From NCBI GenBank assembly GCA_963770895.1, contig CAVYRF010000001.1, forward strand, positions 192,001 through 256,000: a stretch of DNA of 64,000 nucleotides, in the 5' to 3' direction. A program made the position numbers and the translations under genes. The stretch comes from an uncultured Acidobacteriota bacterium (GTDB lineage: Bacteria; Acidobacteriota; Thermoanaerobaculia; Multivoradales; UBA5704). Positions 8,788 through 19,969 of this stretch are shown in pieces (positions within the stretch are counted from its first letter, which is position 1; every line of letters starts with the position of its first letter). The notes beneath the pieces are model-generated. The model searched no databases. It had not been told where the DNA came from and saw only the letters and a list, made by a program, of their open reading frames with translations.

Positions 8788-10500
8788 CTACAGCGCCCAG
8801 CCTGGCATCACGTAGGAGTAGAACAGCACGATGAGGCCGATGATCGCGGCCAGAAACGCGCTGTGCTTGAGGGTGAAACGGAACAGCCGGCCTTCTTCGG
8901 AGGCGGGCATGCCGGTGGCCGCCGCCGCCACGGCGATGCTCTGCAAGCTGATCATCTTGCCCATCACGCCGCCGCTGGAATTGGACGCCGCCATCAGCAC
9001 CGGATTGAGCCCCAGGTGGTTGGCGGTCACCACCTGGAGGTTGCCGAACAGGGCGTTGGCCGAAGTGTCGCTGCCGGTCAGGAAGACGCCCAGCCAGCCG
9101 AGCAGCGAGCTGAAGAAGGGGAAGAGCGCGCCGGTGGCCGCAAACGCCAGGCCGAGGGTGGCGGCTTCGCCGCTGTAGTTCATCAGGAACGCCAGGGCCA
9201 GGACGGTGGCGATGGTGAGCATCGGGAAGCGCAGCTGCCAGGCGACCGCGCCGACCAGCCGCACGAAGCGCCGCGGCGACACGCGCAGCACCGCGGCGGC
9301 GCCGATCGTCGCCAGCATGCAGGCGGTGCCCGACGCCGACAGGTAGCTGAAGGCGTAGATCGCGGCGTACGGCGACGGCTTCTTGACCACCGGCGGCAGG
9401 CGCAGGATCTGGTTGTGCAGGCCCGGCCAGGGGATCGAGATGGTGGCGTGGTTGAGCAGCGCCTTGATGCTGTCGACGCCCCACAGCAGCACGAAGATGA
9501 CCAGCAGTCCGTAAGGCGCCCAGGCGAGCAGCACCTGGCGCCGGGTGTGCTGCGGGCGCGCCGCGCCGGCGGCGGCCCCGGTGCCGGCGACGGCCGCGGT
9601 GCCGGTACCGGCGCCGGCCGCGGTGGCGGCGCCGGCGCCGAACGTGAAGATGCCCGCGGTGGCGTGATCGGCGGGGCGCCAGAAGCGCAGCAGGACGATC
9701 AGCGACAGGATCGCGGCCAGCGAGGCGATGATGTCGGTCAGCGCCGGCCCCAGGTTGTTGGAGACCAGAAACTGCGCCGTGGCAAACGACACGCCGCACA
9801 GCGCCGCCGCCGGCAGCACGCCGCGCAGCGCCTTGACCCCGCCCATCATCAGCATCAGGTAGGCCGGTATGAAGATCGACACCGGCGCGCAGATGCGCCC
9901 CACGTCGGAGCTCAAGCCGTGCATCGGCAGGCCGGTGATCGTCTGCAGGGTGAGCAGCGGCGTGCCGATCGAGCCGAAGGCCACCGGCGAGGTGTTGGCC
10001 AGCAGGCAGAGGACCGCGGCGTGGAACGGCGAGAAACCCAGCCCCGCCAGCATGCCCGCGGCCACCGCGACGGGCGTGCCGAAGCCGGCGGCACCCTCGA
10101 TGAAGGCGCCGAACGCGAAGGCGATCAGCAGCGCCTGCAGGCGCTGATCGCTGGTCAGGCCGCCGATCGAATCCTTGATGATTTCGAACTGGCCCGTTTC
10201 CAGCGTCAGCCGGTAGAGGGCGATGGCCCAGAAGACGATCCAGCCGATCGGCAGCAGGCCGAAGGCGGCGCCGTACAGGCTGGCGCTGACCATCGTGCCG
10301 GCGGGCATGCCGTAGACGCCCAGCGCCACCACCATCGCCGTGGCGAGCCCTGCCAGCGAGGCGATCCAGGCCGGTTTGCGCAGCACTCCGAGCAGCAGGA
10401 GAAGCACGAAGATGGGGAGCGCGGCGACCAGGGCCGACAGCGCCAGGCTGCCGCCGACAGGGAAGTACGTCTGCTGCCACTGCGCGGACAGGTCGGTCAC
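8788..10500 (-). CDS. lctP: L-lactate permease
   Basis: LQALLIAFAFGAFIEGAAGFGTP, ANTSPVAFG, FLTGSDTSANALFG, GGVMGKMIS motifs; AGGAG RBS with GTG start at 10500. Confidence 0.93.
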   Translation of the reverse strand: MTDLSAQWQQTYFPVGGSLALSALVAALPIFVLLLLLGVLRKPAWIASLAGLATAMVVALGVYGMPAGTMVSASLYGAAFGLLPIGWIVFWAIALYRLTLETGQFEIIKDSIGGLTSDQRLQALLIAFAFGAFIEGAAGFGTPVAVAAGMLAGLGFSPFHAAVLCLLANTSPVAFGSIGTPLLTLQTITGLPMHGLSSDVGRICAPVSIFIPAYLMLMMGGVKALRGVLPAAALCGVSFATAQFLVSNNLGPALTDIIASLAAILSLIVLLRFWRPADHATAGIFTFGAGAATAAGAGTGTAAVAGTGAAAGAARPQHTRRQVLLAWAPYGLLVIFVLLWGVDSIKALLNHATISIPWPGLHNQILRLPPVVKKPSPYAAIYAFSYLSASGTACMLATIGAAAVLRVSPRRFVRLVGAVAWQLRFPMLTIATVLALAFLMNYSGEAATLGLAFAATGALFPFFSSLLGWLGVFLTGSDTSANALFGNLQVVTANHLGLNPVLMAASNSSGGVMGKMISLQSIAVAAAATGMPASEEGRLFRFTLKHSAFLAAIIGLIVLFYSYVMPGWAL

Positions 10501-10532
10501 GGAGACTCCTGCGGCCCGCGCTGGGCGGGCGG

Positions 10533-11129
10533 TCAGAGCGACGTGAAAATAGACGACTGACGCCAGGGGATGAGCAACAGCACGACCCCCAGCGTGATGG
10601 CGGCATCGGCGATGTTGAAGATTCCGGTGCGCAGCGGCCCGACGCCGAGGCTGATGAAATCGACCACGGCGCCATCGTGCAGGAAGCGATCGATCAGGTT
10701 TCCCAGGCCGCCCCCCGTCAGCAGCGACAGGGCCACCAGCTGCACCGGGCTGGCGGCGCGCAGCCGCAGGGTGAAGACCAGCGTCAGGGTGAGCGCGCCG
10801 CTGACCAGGACGACGAACAGCAGGTAGCGGGCGAACACCGGCAGCGTTTCGCCGACGCTCAGGAAGGCGCCGCGGTTTTGCGCCAGCTCCAGCCGCACGA
10901 AGTCGTGCAGATACGACAGCGGCGGCGAGGTGGCGAGCGACGCCTGGGCCAGGGTCTTTGCCACCTGGTCGCAGCCGACGGCGCACAGCAGCACGCAGGC
11001 GACCAGCGTCATGCGCAAGGTGCGGTTCATCACCGCGACCGGCGGGAAGGCGGCGGCGAGCGGCGGCGGCGGCGCGTCGGCGTCCGCGGCCGGCCCGTAC
11101 GGGGTGAGCTCCACGTCCGGCATCGTCAT
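10533..11129 (-). CDS. lspA: Signal peptidase II (lipoprotein signal peptidase)
   Basis: DQ.AK, N.GAFLS, GG.GNLIDR, VVDFI, FN.AD motifs; ATGA overlap with the upstream gene (alternative start 11030). Confidence 0.92.
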   Translation of the reverse strand: MTMPDVELTPYGPAADADAPPPPLAAAFPPVAVMNRTLRMTLVACVLLCAVGCDQVAKTLAQASLATSPPLSYLHDFVRLELAQNRGAFLSVGETLPVFARYLLFVVLVSGALTLTLVFTLRLRAASPVQLVALSLLTGGGLGNLIDRFLHDGAVVDFISLGVGPLRTGIFNIADAAITLGVVLLLIPWRQSSIFTSL

Positions 11130-12151
11130 GGCGCCGCCGCCACCAGGCGGCGCTCCTGGCGGTCCCAGCGCCAGGCGGCGCAGCGCCCGTGCAGGTGGAC
11201 GCCGCCCAGCCAGCGGTCGAGGCCGCCGCGGATGTCGACCCAATCTTCGTAGCCGGCCAGCACGCGTGCGCCGACGCCGGTGGCGGCGACGGTGGGCGAA
11301 CGGTGCGCCGTGCCGCCACCGGGCGATTCCAGCCGCAGCAGCGGCCGCGGCCCGGCGGCAAGGTCCTGCAGCCGGCGCAGAAACGACAGGTCGGGCATGA
11401 ACACGCGCTCTTCCATGTCCTGCACGGCCCGGAACAGGTCGCCGAAGGCGATCGGAGCGCCGCCGGCGGCGGATGCCGCCTGGATCGCCTGCCGCTCGGT
11501 GCGCGACAGGCCGTCGCCGCAGCCGGGGAACTCTTCGAGGTGGCGCGTCAGCGCCGCGGCCAGGTAGGGCAGGCAGCCGGTGTCGGCGTGCCCGGCGAAG
11601 CCTTCCAGCCGCGTCGGCTGCGGCGAGCAGAACGCATCCCAGGCGGCGTGCGCCACGGCCATCTGCTGGGTGGTCACCGCCCGCCTGGTGTCGAGCAGCC
11701 CGGCGAGCTGGTGCGGCTGCATGCGGCCCAGGTAGTCGTCGGCCTGCACCAGGCTGATGCGGGTGAAGCCGGCGTCGTGGGCGCTGAACCAGCTGAGCAG
11801 GCGGCAGAGGTGCAGCTGGTCGAACAGGTCGTGCTCGAACCAGAGCACCACTTCGTCGTGGTGGCGGAAGCCTTCCAGGGCGTGGTCCCAGCCCGCCAAC
11901 CGGGCCAGGCACTCTTCGTAGTCGTCGTAGCCGCTCTGGGCCAGGAAGCGGGCGCGCTCGCGGCGCCAGCGCTCCAGGCTGGACGTGGCAAAGGCCGGCC
12001 CCTCGTACAGCAGATCCGCCGCCAGGGTGGTCTGGCCGGCGATCCCCGCGGCGCGCAGGCGATCGGCGGCGCAATCGCCGTTGAGGATGTGCAGGACGCT
12101 GGCCGGCGGTCTGGCGACGCGCAGCGGTGAGTCCGCCGTGGCCGGCGCCAT
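11126..12151 (-). CDS. DUF1835 domain protein
   Basis: LHILNGD...D.L.EGP...VVLWFEHDLFDQL...GLSRTE pattern. Confidence 0.75.
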   Translation of the reverse strand: MAPATADSPLRVARPPASVLHILNGDCAADRLRAAGIAGQTTLAADLLYEGPAFATSSLERWRRERARFLAQSGYDDYEECLARLAGWDHALEGFRHHDEVVLWFEHDLFDQLHLCRLLSWFSAHDAGFTRISLVQADDYLGRMQPHQLAGLLDTRRAVTTQQMAVAHAAWDAFCSPQPTRLEGFAGHADTGCLPYLAAALTRHLEEFPGCGDGLSRTERQAIQAASAAGGAPIAFGDLFRAVQDMEERVFMPDLSFLRRLQDLAAGPRPLLRLESPGGGTAHRSPTVAATGVGARVLAGYEDWVDIRGGLDRWLGGVHLHGRCAAWRWDRQERRLVAAAP

Positions 12152-12342
12152 GGACGCAACGCCGCGCGCGGCCTGGGCGGCAAGAGCTGGGGCTGGCTCG
12201 GGCACTGGCACTCTCCGCGCACCACGCGTACAGCAACCCGCGGCGCGGCGTCGATGCATTCTAAAGCATCGCACGCGCGGCGGCGATCCGCCGGCACCTG
12301 CAATCGACACCACCGTGGGCTGGAAAGGGGGGGCGGATGTCA

Positions 12343-13329
12343 CTAGTCAGACAGCGATCGCCACAGGTGGATGGCGGCGTAGGCGCGGTAGGGGCGCCAG
12401 GCTTCGGCCAGGGCGGCGACCTGGGCGGCGGTGGGGTGGGCCAGGGCTTTGAGGATGCCGAGATCCGCGGCGGGGAAGGCGTCGGCGTCGCCCAGGGCGC
12501 GCATGCGCAGGTAGGAGGCGGTCCAGGGGCCGATCCCCGGCAGCGCCACGAGGGCCGCCTGCGCCGCCTCGGGGCTGGCGGTGCGCAGGCGCGGCCAGTC
12601 CAGGGTGCCGTCGCAGGTGGCGGTGGCGACCGCGATCAGCGCCCCCACCTTGGCGCGGGTCAGCCCCAGCGCCGCCAGGTCGGCGGGCGGCGCGGCGGCC
12701 AGGGTCTGCGGCAGCGGGAAGGCGAACAGTCCGGCGCCGCCAGGCAGGGGGTCTCCCAGCCGCCGGTTGATGCGGTCGACCACCGTGCGCGCGCCGGCCA
12801 CGCTGACCTGCTGGCCGACGATCGCCCGCACCGCCGCCTCGAAGGGGTCCGGCAGCTGCGGCAGGCGCAGGCCCGGCGAGCGCGCCACCAGCGGCCCCAG
12901 CAGACGGTCGCGGCGCGCCGTGCGCAGGAAGGCGGCCAGGTCGGTGTCCAGGTCGAACATGCGCCGCGCCAGCCGCCGCACCGCGGCGGCGGTGAGGGTG
13001 GGCTTGCCGGGATCGCCATGGCCGGGGGTGGCGCCGGTGGCGGTGGCGCCGGGGAACGCCGGCGCCGCCATCACCGCCAACCAGTGCGAGCCGTCGCGGC
13101 GGCGCATGGGGCGCACCGTCAGCACGGCCGCCGTGCCGTCCAGCCGCACCACCCGCGTCACCTCGCCGGCGGTGACGCGTTCGATCGACGGGGCGGCGCG
13201 GTCGGCAAGAAAGCCCAGCACCCAGTCCAGGTCGTACGGTTCGGGCAACGGCAGGCGCAGCGGCGGTGATGGCGGGCCAGCCGCCGCCGTCGCTGCATCG
13301 TCTTGCCGGGCGCGCCTCGCCGGCGTCAT
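12343..13329 (-). CDS. alkA: DNA-3-methyladenine glycosylase (AlkA N-terminal + HhH-GPD)
   Basis: FE.AVRAIVGQQVSV, LPGIGPWTA.Y, DAFP..DLG, WRP.RAYA motifs; coupled to ada by ATGA overlap. Confidence 0.9.
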   Translation of the reverse strand: MTPARRARQDDAATAAAGPPSPPLRLPLPEPYDLDWVLGFLADRAAPSIERVTAGEVTRVVRLDGTAAVLTVRPMRRRDGSHWLAVMAAPAFPGATATGATPGHGDPGKPTLTAAAVRRLARRMFDLDTDLAAFLRTARRDRLLGPLVARSPGLRLPQLPDPFEAAVRAIVGQQVSVAGARTVVDRINRRLGDPLPGGAGLFAFPLPQTLAAAPPADLAALGLTRAKVGALIAVATATCDGTLDWPRLRTASPEAAQAALVALPGIGPWTASYLRMRALGDADAFPAADLGILKALAHPTAAQVAALAEAWRPYRAYAAIHLWRSLSD

Positions 13330-14480
13330 CGCCGCGAACGCTCGCCGGCCAGGAGCTGGCGCTTGCGCTCGGCACCCCAGCGGTAGCCGCCGGAATCGCC
13401 GTCGGCGCGCACCACGCGATGGCAGGGCACCACCAGGGCGACGCGGTTGGCGGCGCAGGCGCGCGCGACGGCGCGGGCGGCGGTGGGCGCGCCCAGGGCG
13501 GCGGCGACCTGGCCGTAGGAGCGGGTTTCGCCGGCGGGGATGCGCTGCAGCTCGCGCCAGACGCGCCATTCGAAGGCGGTGGCGCGGACGTCGAGCGGCA
13601 GGCTGTCGAGCGGCGCCGACGATGCCGACGCCGACGACGCCGACGACGATGGTGCCGACGACGCCGAGGAGGCCGAAGAGGTCGTGCCGCCGAGGGAGGC
13701 GAGAATGGCGCTCACCCACTCCGCCAGGGGGTCGCCGGGGCCGGCGGGCTCGAGGGTGGCTTCCGGGTAGTCGCGGCGCAGGTTGGCCGCCAGCTCCTGG
13801 TCGTCGTCGCCCAGGCGCACGGCGCAGATGCCGCGATCGGTCGCCGCGACCAGCACGCGGCCCAGCGGCGAGGGGGCGATGGCGTAGCGCACGTGGATGC
13901 CGCGTCCGCCGCGCTTGAAGGCGCCGGGGGTCATGCCGAGGCGGGCATTGGACTGCTCGTAGAGGCGGCTGCCGGCGCCGTAACCTGCTTCGTAGAGTGC
14001 GGTCGTCACGTCGTCTCCTTTTTTGAGTCGGGTCTTCAGGCGCTCGGCGCGCAGGCCCAGGACGTAGTCCTTGGGCGTCACGCCGAGCAGCCGCTTGAAG
14101 GTGCGCTGCAGGTGGTAGCGGCTGAGGCCCACCCGTTGTGCCAGGTTTTGCAGGGTCACCGTCTGGTCCAGGTGGCCGGCCAGGTAGGCGCGCGCCGCTT
14201 CGACGCGCCGCTCGGCGTCGCGCGGGCCGGCCTGGGCGGGGCGGCAGCGGCGGCAGGCGCGAAAACCGGCCGCTTCGGCCGCCGCGGGATCGCGGAAAAA
14301 CGCCACGCGGTCGCGCCGCGGCCGCCGCGAGGCGCAGGAGGGCCGGCAGTAGACGCCGGTCGAAGCGACGGCGTAGACGATCCTGCCGTCCCAGCCGCCG
14401 TCGCGTGCCGCCACCGCCGCCCAGGCGCGCTCCGCTTCCGCTCCCTGGAGCGCCGCTGCGAAGTGCTTGTGCTCTCTCAT
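13326..14480 (-). CDS. ada: Bifunctional Ada regulator / O6-methylguanine-DNA methyltransferase
   Basis: Zn site TGVYCRPSC...FRACRRC, AraC HTH and active site VPCHRVV. Confidence 0.95.
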   Translation of the reverse strand: MREHKHFAAALQGAEAERAWAAVAARDGGWDGRIVYAVASTGVYCRPSCASRRPRRDRVAFFRDPAAAEAAGFRACRRCRPAQAGPRDAERRVEAARAYLAGHLDQTVTLQNLAQRVGLSRYHLQRTFKRLLGVTPKDYVLGLRAERLKTRLKKGDDVTTALYEAGYGAGSRLYEQSNARLGMTPGAFKRGGRGIHVRYAIAPSPLGRVLVAATDRGICAVRLGDDDQELAANLRRDYPEATLEPAGPGDPLAEWVSAILASLGGTTSSASSASSAPSSSASSASASSAPLDSLPLDVRATAFEWRVWRELQRIPAGETRSYGQVAAALGAPTAARAVARACAANRVALVVPCHRVVRADGDSGGYRWGAERKRQLLAGERSRR

Positions 14481-14547
14481 GGATGGCAATCTACTCGCCT
14501 GCCGGCGCGCGCGCCATCCGCATGTTGCTCTACAATCCCGATCCATC

Positions 14548-15342
14548 ATGCCGCGACGACGATCGGTCTGGCGCCTGCCCCTGCTGGCCGCCCTGGCGGC
14601 GCTGGCGGATGCCGGCGCGCTCAGCTCCGGCGGTCTTGGGCCGCCGCCGCCGGCCTCGCCCGGCGCCGCGCCGGGTGGGTCGCCGGCCGCGGCGTCCGGC
14701 GTGTCCGGCGCTTCGCCGGCTGCCGCGCGGCGCGAGCTGCGCTACCTGGCGCTGGGGGATTCGTACACCATCGGCGAATCGGTGGCCGTGGAAGGGCGCT
14801 GGCCGATGCAGCTGGCGGCGGCGCTGCGCCAGCGGGGCCTGGCGGTGGGGGAGCCCCAGATCGTGGCGCGCACCGGCTGGACGGTCGCCGAGCTGGACCA
14901 GGGCATCGCCGCCGCCGGCCCGCACGGCCTCTTCGATCTGGTGTCGCTGCTGATCGGCGTCAACGACCAGTATCGCGGCGGCCAGCCCGAACCCTACCGC
15001 GCTGCCTTCGCCGCCATGCTGGCGCGGGCCGTCGCCTTCGCTGGAGGCAACCCCGGCCGCGTCGTGGTGCTGTCGATTCCCGACTGGAGCGTGACGCCGT
15101 TTGCCACCGGCAGCGGCCGCGACCTGGCGGACATCGCCCATCAGATCCGCCTGTTCAACGACGTGAACCGCCAGGAGACCGTCCGCGCCGGCGCCCACTA
15201 CGTGGACATCACTCCCGTCTCGATGACCGCCCTGGGGCACCCCGCCCTGATCGCCGCCGACGGCCTGCACCCCTCCGCCGCCATGTACACCGAGTGGACG
15301 CGCCTGGCGCTGCCCGCGGCCGCTGCCGCGCTCGGCCGGTAG
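14548..15342 (+). CDS. SGNH/GDSL hydrolase, secreted
   Basis: YLALGDSYT, ARTGWT, LIGVND, DGLHPS blocks; signal peptide. Confidence 0.9.
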   Translation: MPRRRSVWRLPLLAALAALADAGALSSGGLGPPPPASPGAAPGGSPAAASGVSGASPAAARRELRYLALGDSYTIGESVAVEGRWPMQLAAALRQRGLAVGEPQIVARTGWTVAELDQGIAAAGPHGLFDLVSLLIGVNDQYRGGQPEPYRAAFAAMLARAVAFAGGNPGRVVVLSIPDWSVTPFATGSGRDLADIAHQIRLFNDVNRQETVRAGAHYVDITPVSMTALGHPALIAADGLHPSAAMYTEWTRLALPAAAAALGR

Positions 15343-15354
15343 CCCCCCGCCTCG

Positions 15355-16587
15355 CTAATCGCGCGCCGGCAACGGCACGGCGGTGAGGACGCGGCCGGTC
15401 GAGGTGGTGGCGGCGCGGGGCAGGACGCGCGGCGCCACGGCGAGCGCGCCGACGGCGGCGGCGCGCGCCAGCAGGGCGCCGGCGCGGGTGCGAGCGAAGC
15501 CGGCGGCGCCCAGCAGGCCGGCCGACATGCGCGCGCGGGCGAGCGTCGCCGCGGTGGTCTGGCGGCGGCTGGCCGCCGTGCGGCAGGCCGGGGACGCGCA
15601 AGCGCCGGCGACGGCGCCGCCGCCGGTCTTGGCGGCGCGCCATCCGGTTGAGGCGACGGCGGCGTCGCCCAACGGGGACTGTGCGTCGTCGTCGCGGCGC
15701 AGCAGGACGGCGACCTGGAGCGCCAGGTCGCCGGGCAGCCGCAGGGCGGCGACGAGCTGGCGGGCCGGCGGCGCCAGCCGCGACAGCAGCGCGGCGACCC
15801 CGTGGTGCGCTTCGCCCGCCGCCGCGCTCGCGTTTTCGGTTGCGCCCGCGGTGCCCGCGGGTGCGGCAGACTTCACCGTGGCCGGCGGCGTGGTGGCGAG
15901 CGACAGGCGCGACAGCGCTTCGGCGGCGGCGAGACGGGCGATGTCGCAATCCGGTCCCTGGCCGGCCAGCAGGCGGTGCACGCCGATGCGCGTGGTGACG
16001 TCGATTTCATGCTCGGCCAGCAGGTCGTCGACCATCCAGGCCCCCTGCGCCGCCGCCTCCGGCCCGGCCGCGCCGTCGCGGCGCCCGGCCGCCGCCACGG
16101 CGCGCGGCTGCTCGGGGGAGGCGGCGGGGCGGGCGACGCCGTAGAAGAGCGCCGCGACCTGCGCCGCCAGCGTCGCGTCGGGGTCGAGGCGCAGCAGCCA
16201 TTGCCAGGTATCGAGCGCGCGGGCATAGGCGACGGCGTCGCCGCCCTGGCGCGGTTTGTACATCTGGCGGTGGGCCGCCAGGGAGCGATCGAACGTATCG
16301 CAGCGCGATGCGGCGTTGCGGCGCTGGCGCAAGCGCTGGCAGCGGATCGCCACCTGCAGGGCGGCGACCGCCAGGACGGCATCGTCGGCGCCGGTCAGGC
16401 ACACCGCACAGGGCCGGTTGCCGGCACGCGCCGCCAGCTCTTCCACCTGGCGGTCGAAGCTGGCCAGGTGGAAATCCGGCGATTGCCAATCCTGCGCGTG
16501 GAGCTGCAGCACAGGCATCCCCGGCGCGGGCATCGCGCCGCGCACCAGGATGTTCAGGGACGTCTTCACGCTCTCGGTTCCGACCAT
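15355..16587 (-). CDS. Hypothetical protein, DUF4202/HD-like but lacking the HD residues
   Basis: ALDTWQWLLRLDPDA..AAQVAALF resembles DUF4202; AGGAGG RBS; Ala-rich tail. Confidence 0.55.
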   Translation of the reverse strand: MVGTESVKTSLNILVRGAMPAPGMPVLQLHAQDWQSPDFHLASFDRQVEELAARAGNRPCAVCLTGADDAVLAVAALQVAIRCQRLRQRRNAASRCDTFDRSLAAHRQMYKPRQGGDAVAYARALDTWQWLLRLDPDATLAAQVAALFYGVARPAASPEQPRAVAAAGRRDGAAGPEAAAQGAWMVDDLLAEHEIDVTTRIGVHRLLAGQGPDCDIARLAAAEALSRLSLATTPPATVKSAAPAGTAGATENASAAAGEAHHGVAALLSRLAPPARQLVAALRLPGDLALQVAVLLRRDDDAQSPLGDAAVASTGWRAAKTGGGAVAGACASPACRTAASRRQTTAATLARARMSAGLLGAAGFARTRAGALLARAAAVGALAVAPRVLPRAATTSTGRVLTAVPLPARD

Positions 16588-16649
16588 CTACACCTCCTGC
16601 GACCGCCGGAGGTCAATGCAAGCCGGCTGCCAGAACCGGAACCGTCAAG

Positions 16650-17276
<627 letters not shown>

Positions 17277-17299
17277 CGCGATCTCCTCCCGCTGCCCGC

Positions 17300-19954
17300 T
17301 TACTGCCGCTGGCGCAGGTTGGTATCCATCAGCTTGTAGATGCGCCGATATTCGTCGAGCCAGCTGGTGGCGCGGATGAAGCCGTGCGACTCGACGGGGA
17401 ACGGCGCGATCTCGAAGTTTTCTTTCTTGAGCTCGATCAAGCGCTCGACCAGGCGCACCGAATCCTGGAAGAACACGTTGTCGTCCACCATGCCGTGGCA
17501 GATCAGCAGCGGTTTGGTGAGGCCGGCGGCGAACTCGATGGGCGAGCTGCGCTCGTAGGCTTCGGGATCGAGCGTCGGGGTGTTGAGGATGGCGCCCGAA
17601 TAGGTGTCGTTGTAGTCCGCCCAATCGGTGACCGGGCGCAGCGCCGCGCCGGCGGCAAACAGGTCCGGGGTGCGGAACAGCGCCATCAGGGTGAGGAAGC
17701 CGCCGTAGGAGCCGCCGTACACGCCGACGCGGGTGCGGTCGACGCCCTTGTTGCGCGCCAGCCAGTCGATGCCGTCCGCCAGGTCCTCCAGCTCGGGGTG
17801 CCCCATCTGGCGGTAGATGGCGGTGCGCCAGTCGCGGCCGTAGCCGGCCGAGGCGCGATAGTCCATGTCGATCACGACGTAGCCGCGCTGGGTCAGGAAG
17901 CTGTGGAACATGAACTCGTGGAAGTAGTAGGACCACCCGTAATGGGCATCCTGCAGGTAGCCGGCGCCGTGGACGAAGACCACCGCGGGGCGGTGGCCGT
18001 CGGTGCCCGGCGCGCCTGCCGGCGGCGTGTAGACGCGGGCGTAGATGTTGCCGGCGCCGTGCGACGACGGGATCGGCAGGATCTCGGGCATGGTCCAGTG
18101 CTGCGCCAGAAACGCCGGGCTCACCGTGTCGGTGATGCGGCGCGCATCGGCGCCGGCCCGCGCGTCCTGCACGTACAGCTCGTCGTGGTGGGCGATGCTG
18201 GAGTGGGTCAGCAGCAGCTTCTTTTCGTCGGGGGACAGCTGGAACGCGGTCAGGCCGCCCAGGTGGCTGAGCTGCTCGGCATGGCCGCTGGCCACGTCCA
18301 CCCGCCAGACGTCGTGCTGGCCGGGGTGGCTGGCGTTGGCGGTGTAGTACAGCGCGCGGCCGTCGAAGCTGGGCACCGGCGACTCGATCTCGAAGTTGCC
18401 GCTGGTCAGCTGGCGCACGCTGCCGTCGCGGGCGGCCATGGCGAACAGGTGGTTGTGGCCGGTCACCTCTTCGCTGTCGAAGTACAGCGTCTCGTTGTCC
18501 GCCAGCCAGCCGATGTCGTGGTTGGCCCAATTGATCCAGGCGCTGTCGGTGTCGCGGTGGCGCGGCACCAGGCGCGCGCCGTCGAAGTCCAGGGTGGCGA
18601 TCCACATGTCCTTGTTGTCGTTGGCCTGCACCTCGACGGCGGCGTGGCGCCCGTCGTCGCTCCATACGGCGTCGACCACGGTGACGGCGCGCACCGCCGG
18701 CGAGACGGTCTTGTCGACGCCCTTGCCGTCGCCCTTGTCGCCGTCCTTGTCTCTGTCCTTGGCGCCGTCGTGATCGCGCTGCCGGTCGCCGCGGCGCGCG
18801 GCGGGCGTGTCGACGCCCGGTTCGGCGTCGCCGCCGGAACCGGCGCCGGCCGCGGCGGCGGCGCGCTGCGCCTTGGCGCGGGCGGCGGCAGCGTCGCGCA
18901 TGGCCTTGAGCGGGTCGTCCTTGATGCCCGGCAGCGCCCCCAGGTCGAGATCGTGGCGCTGGTGATAGCGCAGGTCGAGCAGCACCAGGCTGTCGCCGCT
19001 GCCGTCGTCCGTGCCCACCAGCGGCCGGTCGTCCTTGGCTTCGACGTAGCCCTCCTCGTTGACCCAGTGCGGAATGACCGCGATCTTGCCGTCCTTGGCG
19101 TCCTTGGGCCGCGTCACCAGCAGCAGCCAATTGCCGTCGGGCGCCAGGAACGAATCGGCGATCTTGACCTTGTCGCCCAGGTACCAGGGCAGGCCCCCCC
19201 GCGTCGGATCGGCCTTTTGCAGGGCCTGGTCGCGCTCGCGCCTGGCTTTCTTTTCCTCGCGATCGTGGCGCACCGTGTCGAACAGGCGCAGGTTTTCGCT
19301 GCGCAGGAAGTCGGCCGGTTCCTCCGCCGCCGGGTCCTTGGCGAGGCGCACGTCGGCCGCCACTTCGATGCGGCCCGACGCCAGGTCGTAGGCGAAGAAG
19401 CGGTTGCCTTCGCGAAACGAGACGGCGTGGTCGCCGGTCATGAACCGCACGCGGCTCTTGGGTTCGGGGGTGCGGGTGAGCTGGCGCACGGCGCCGGTCG
19501 TCATGTCCTTGACGAACACGTCGCCCGCGTGGACGTAGGCCCGCCACCGGCGATCGCGCGACCAGGCGCCCTCGGGGCCGTCGACGGTTCCCATCTCGGC
19601 GTCCGGTACCAGGTGGGCCGAGCGCTCGGCGAGGCTGCGCCGGTAGAGATCGCGCAGCTCGCTGCCCTGGCGCTTGATCAGGTAGTACACGCTGCGCCCG
19701 TCGGCGGACCAATAGCCCTGTTCCGGCGCGTTGCCGATCCAATCCGGGTCGGCCATGATCGTTTCCAGGGTGACGCCGGAGCTGCCGCCGGCATCGACGT
19801 CGGCGGCGTCTCCCGCTGCCGCGGCGGCGGGCGACGCCAGCATGGGGACGGCGAGCAAGGCGGCGGCCGCCAGCGCCAGTGCCGGCAGGGAAGGCGGTGC
19901 CTGCAGCGGGGCGGCGCCGGCCGCTGCGGCCTGGCGCCAGAGCTTGTGGAGCAT
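17300..19954 (-). CDS. S9 family peptidase (DPP IV / prolyl oligopeptidase-like), secreted
   Basis: Beta-propeller region plus GGSYGG nucleophile, HG.VDDNV Asp and ESHGF His. Confidence 0.93.
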   Translation of the reverse strand: MLHKLWRQAAAAGAAPLQAPPSLPALALAAAALLAVPMLASPAAAAAGDAADVDAGGSSGVTLETIMADPDWIGNAPEQGYWSADGRSVYYLIKRQGSELRDLYRRSLAERSAHLVPDAEMGTVDGPEGAWSRDRRWRAYVHAGDVFVKDMTTGAVRQLTRTPEPKSRVRFMTGDHAVSFREGNRFFAYDLASGRIEVAADVRLAKDPAAEEPADFLRSENLRLFDTVRHDREEKKARRERDQALQKADPTRGGLPWYLGDKVKIADSFLAPDGNWLLLVTRPKDAKDGKIAVIPHWVNEEGYVEAKDDRPLVGTDDGSGDSLVLLDLRYHQRHDLDLGALPGIKDDPLKAMRDAAAARAKAQRAAAAAGAGSGGDAEPGVDTPAARRGDRQRDHDGAKDRDKDGDKGDGKGVDKTVSPAVRAVTVVDAVWSDDGRHAAVEVQANDNKDMWIATLDFDGARLVPRHRDTDSAWINWANHDIGWLADNETLYFDSEEVTGHNHLFAMAARDGSVRQLTSGNFEIESPVPSFDGRALYYTANASHPGQHDVWRVDVASGHAEQLSHLGGLTAFQLSPDEKKLLLTHSSIAHHDELYVQDARAGADARRITDTVSPAFLAQHWTMPEILPIPSSHGAGNIYARVYTPPAGAPGTDGHRPAVVFVHGAGYLQDAHYGWSYYFHEFMFHSFLTQRGYVVIDMDYRASAGYGRDWRTAIYRQMGHPELEDLADGIDWLARNKGVDRTRVGVYGGSYGGFLTLMALFRTPDLFAAGAALRPVTDWADYNDTYSGAILNTPTLDPEAYERSSPIEFAAGLTKPLLICHGMVDDNVFFQDSVRLVERLIELKKENFEIAPFPVESHGFIRATSWLDEYRRIYKLMDTNLRQRQ

Positions 19955-19969
19955 GCGTCTCCTTTCGAG

